Assembly (NCBI GenBank): GCA_047967505.1
Contig: CM106538.1
Source of the DNA: Dipteris shenzhenensis
Lineage: Eukaryota
Length of the DNA: 64,000 nt
Strand: one strand, 5' to 3'
Positions 60,685 to 64,000 of the stretch are shown here, piece after piece; positions within the stretch are counted from its first letter, which is position 1, and each line of letters opens with the position of its first letter. The notes beneath the pieces were generated by a model. That model searched no databases, was not told the origin of the DNA, and saw only the letters and a list, made by a program, of their open reading frames with translations. Position numbers and translations under genes: made by a program.

Positions 60685-60761
60685 AAAGGCAGAAGAAGAT
60701 TGATGCTGGTATGCGGAGAAAGCAGACAAGAAGTTTTGGCGGTAGCAGTCCGTCGCCTTGA
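60685..60761 (+). CDS. Soloist: Soloist coding exon 6 (KRQKKIDAGMRRKQTRSFGGSSPSP*)
   Basis: CTGCAG| acceptor, phase 1, basic C-terminal tail, TGA; the six exons sum to 630 nt in frame. Confidence 0.85.
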
Positions 60762-62201
60762 TATCCATGTGCATTGATCCATTTCAAAAGAGTTGTGTTT
60801 TCTGTCCAAAAGTGGTGGACACATAAACACATATATAACGATTCCCCACCATTATCTGGTAAGGAAGCCCAGTATTGGGCGACAGATGGTGGCTTTGGGA
60901 CCTGTTAAGCATCTGTATCCATTGAAAAGACAACAATTATAGATGTTGTGGATGGTACTTTCTGGTAGTAGTAAAGTTGGGGATGATGAGTGATAATAAT
61001 GTCCCTCGAGGGTTATGAGACGGGACACTTCATCTTCCTGCTTCCTAGCTATTTTGGATCCTTTGTAAAATATACAGGGTAGGAATATTCAGTTAAGGAG
61101 TGTGCATCAGTGGTGTGCCCAGCTGGACCTCACATTTTTTAGCGGAAGCTTTCACAGAGGCTGTCAATATTTTACTGACCAAGTATTAAGCTTCTGTGTA
61201 AGGCTTGAAAGTAACGCGAGTTTGAAATATCAAGTTTTCGTTAACACTCTGCCAAATTTCTGCATTTGTTATTTCTTGATCATGCACATGGCAATCTCAA
61301 GATGAAGCCCTGAATTATATGTGGCACTGAAATTTCCAAGAGCGTTTTTGTTGTGTTTTCGTCTGACATATTGGAGTAAGTATCACTTGTCTCATTTGTA
61401 GACGAAATATTGGAGTAAGTATCACTTGTCTCATTGGATGTATCTTTCAAAAGACTCGAGTCAAGACACCAAATTTGGAATTCCATTCAGGATCAAGAAA
61501 GCGATCATGTTGGAGGTTGTGAGCACTTGGGGATAATAGAGCATTACTATTATCAAGTGGAGTTGAACTGGAGCTGCTACAAGGGCTGAAGGTAATAAAG
61601 GTAGTGATCTGAAGTTTCATGTATGATTTTTCCTTTAAAGTGAAAGAGGAAAGTTAGATCTTTTCTTAGGAGGGTATGTATGAGGCTGAACATGTCCACA
61701 AGAGTCACTGCATAGTGAGAGCTAGGCACACATCAGTTGTCATATCCGATGGGTGTATCAAACACCTCTTAGAAGAGAACGAAGTCCAACAAATTTTGTA
61801 TTAGACAGAGGCTTGGGAGGAGATTTTCTTTGTAACCATACGTCCTCCATCCACTTGTTAGCTAATGCCTTGCTGATGAGATGAGGTGTGGCGTGTATGA
61901 TGAACGATATGTGATTGCCCAATGTGTCAGAAATCAAGGCACTGGTTGTATGATTATTGGAGGGGCATGTGGGACATGAAACGATAGGGATTATCCTACA
62001 CGAGAAAGTGCCCAAAAGATAGGATAAGATATATAAACTAATAGCCTTGTGAGTGATATAGTTCCATGTAAGCAAGTGACCTACTTGTGGGGCCACCAGA
62101 CTTACGCCTGTTTAGCTTTTCATACAGGAACCTTATAGCTCCATTTATCAGAACGGCTCTACTTGTGGACCCGAGATGTATATTGGGTAGAATAGATTAG
62201 A

Positions 62202-62515
62202 GACATGCGTAATAGGGAGGTGACTCTTGAGATAATGTTGGTTCATGAAAGTGACAATATGATGGTTCGTGGTGATAGCATATCTAGACCTCCACATACG
62301 TGATGCATGGTAGGTGACTTGGCTAGCCTGGTGACAGGTGACATGCGTAATAGGGAGGTGACTCTTGAGATAATGTTGGTTCATGAAAGTGACAATGATG
62401 GTTCGTGGTGATAGCATATCTAGACTTCCACATACATGATGCATGGTAGGTGACTTGGCCAGCTAGGTGACCCCTAGGTTGATTGATGACAGGTGACCCC
62501 TAGGTTGATCGATGA
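62202..62515. repeat. Tandem duplication (about 138-bp unit) plus short GGTGACCCCTAGGTTGAT repeat
   Basis: GACATGCGTAATAGGGAGGTGACTCTTGAG at 62202 and 62340. Confidence 0.9.
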
Positions 62516-62569
62516 CAAGTTAAGTTTTTGGTTGTTGGAGCCCTGTATTGGTAGGAAATTGTATGCTTT

Positions 62570-64000
62570 TGTAGATGCATTCGAGAATAGGCATAGAGCT
62601 TGATTTAGAGAGTTTAGGTAGCTTTTATGGGCGCTTTGGTGAATGTGGTTCAAAAGTCTGGTGTTCACCCTCACCCATCGCATGCAGAAATTGAAACGAA
62701 CTTCCTACTTACTACAACAGATCACGGGAGTAGCACCACAGAATATCCTCCCAGCCAAATCCTTGCTAGAGCGTGAGAGCTCACACAGAGAAAATCAAAA
62801 TCTGAAAACATATGTGAAGGTCCCTTCTCATTCTCTTACTAACTCCAACAAGCCCCATCTCCCTAGATGGATCTAGATGCCACATGTCATCATCATAGGG
62901 CCTTTCCTAATGCATCTTTTCACCCCTCTCTTGGGATACTTTAATTTCCTTTGCCCCTCGGCACATTGCTTACATTAGGCCCTTAGCCTTAGATCCACCT
63001 AGTCTGGTGCTATCAGCCCTCACCTAGGACCTTGACATTAATTCCTTCTTGATCATTTACATGAATCGCAAACAAATATATTACAAACGTAGATCCTTAA
63101 GGGAAATGTCGACTGATTCTTCCGAGGTCATGCCACCTCAGCTAGAGCATAACATTCCTTCCCTCTTCAGATATCAGCGTCCTCGATGATAAAGTTTGGG
63201 AACGCTCTCCGCAACTGGTATACGGATTCCCAGGTAGCTTCTGATAGAGACTGACCATGCCATGCAACCAACACTGTGGATATCTTTCGATTTCACACTT
63301 GCATTGTTCCTCGGTCCAGGATTCTTGTTGGTTTGCTTCTTGCATTATTCTCCATCTCTTGAAATAAAATCACACCTTCGATTAGTGAGTCACCTGTATG
63401 CAAAAATTTCTTTAAACGAGAAACATGAAACACTTGGTGCACCTTGTAACCCTATGGCAATTCTAATTTATAGGCTACCTTGCCTATTCTCTTTAGAATT
63501 AACCACGGCCCACAATATCGAGGTGATAACTTAGCACACTCTCCTGCAGTCAAAGACTTAGAGTGCGAAGGAACTCTGAGAAAAACTTTTTCTCCTTCCT
63601 TAAATTCTCTTATAGACCGGTTTTCATCCGCATATGCCTTGGCTTTATCCATAGCTTGGCGGATATTAGCTCTCGCAAGTGCTAGCATCTCCCGCATCCG
63701 AACCACAAAGTTCGCGGCACTAGACACTCTCTGAGGTATTCTAATTGTAGTTGGATTTGTTGGTCTATAACCATAATTCAATTCAAACGGACTAAACTTC
63801 GTAGAGGAATGTTTTCTATCATTGTAGGCAAACTCTAATAATGGCAACCACTTGTCCCACGTATGTTGCCTCAATGACACATATGCTCTAAGCATATCCT
63901 CTAAAATTTGGTTGACCCTCTCCGTCTGACCATCCGTTTTAGGATGATTCCCACTACTCATTCCCAACTTAGTCCTTAGTGTCTCAAATACCGCTGTCCA
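62570..64000 (-). mobile_element. Ty3/gypsy chromovirus 3' end (integrase, chromodomain, PPT, 3' LTR), running off the window
   Basis: HPKTDGQTERVNQILEDMLR, KLSPRYCGP, WHGQSLSEATWES; PPT GAAGAGGGAAGG at 63157-63168; LTR starts at 63154; far LTR end uncertain. Confidence 0.88.

Overview
Land-plant nuclear DNA, probably from a large-genome lineage such as a fern (inference from the TE families and intron sizes). Almost the whole window is one host gene on the + strand: a six-exon AP2/ERF Soloist-type transcription factor (CDS 1130-60761, 630 nt, 209 aa). Its 2.9, 36.6 and 19.0 kb introns are filled with nested transposable elements. Five LTR retrotransposons have verifiable 5-bp TSDs: a non-coding LARD-like element, a Ty3/gypsy, two Ty1/copia sisters nested in opposite orientation, and a gag-only Ty3/gypsy. 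LINE pieces and older remnants are also present. The most unusual object is a 6.95-kb terminal-inverted-repeat DNA element (45887-52839) inserted without a visible TSD into an LTR. It carries a decayed RAG1/Transib-like transposase, a strongly divergent histone H3-like gene, a convergent spliced gene of unknown function and a long fold-back between the last two. A second notable signal is an array of about 10 stem-loops with a conserved UCUUCCA-type loop and covarying stems inside the non-coding LTR element. All calls come from reading the sequence by eye; no database searches were run.
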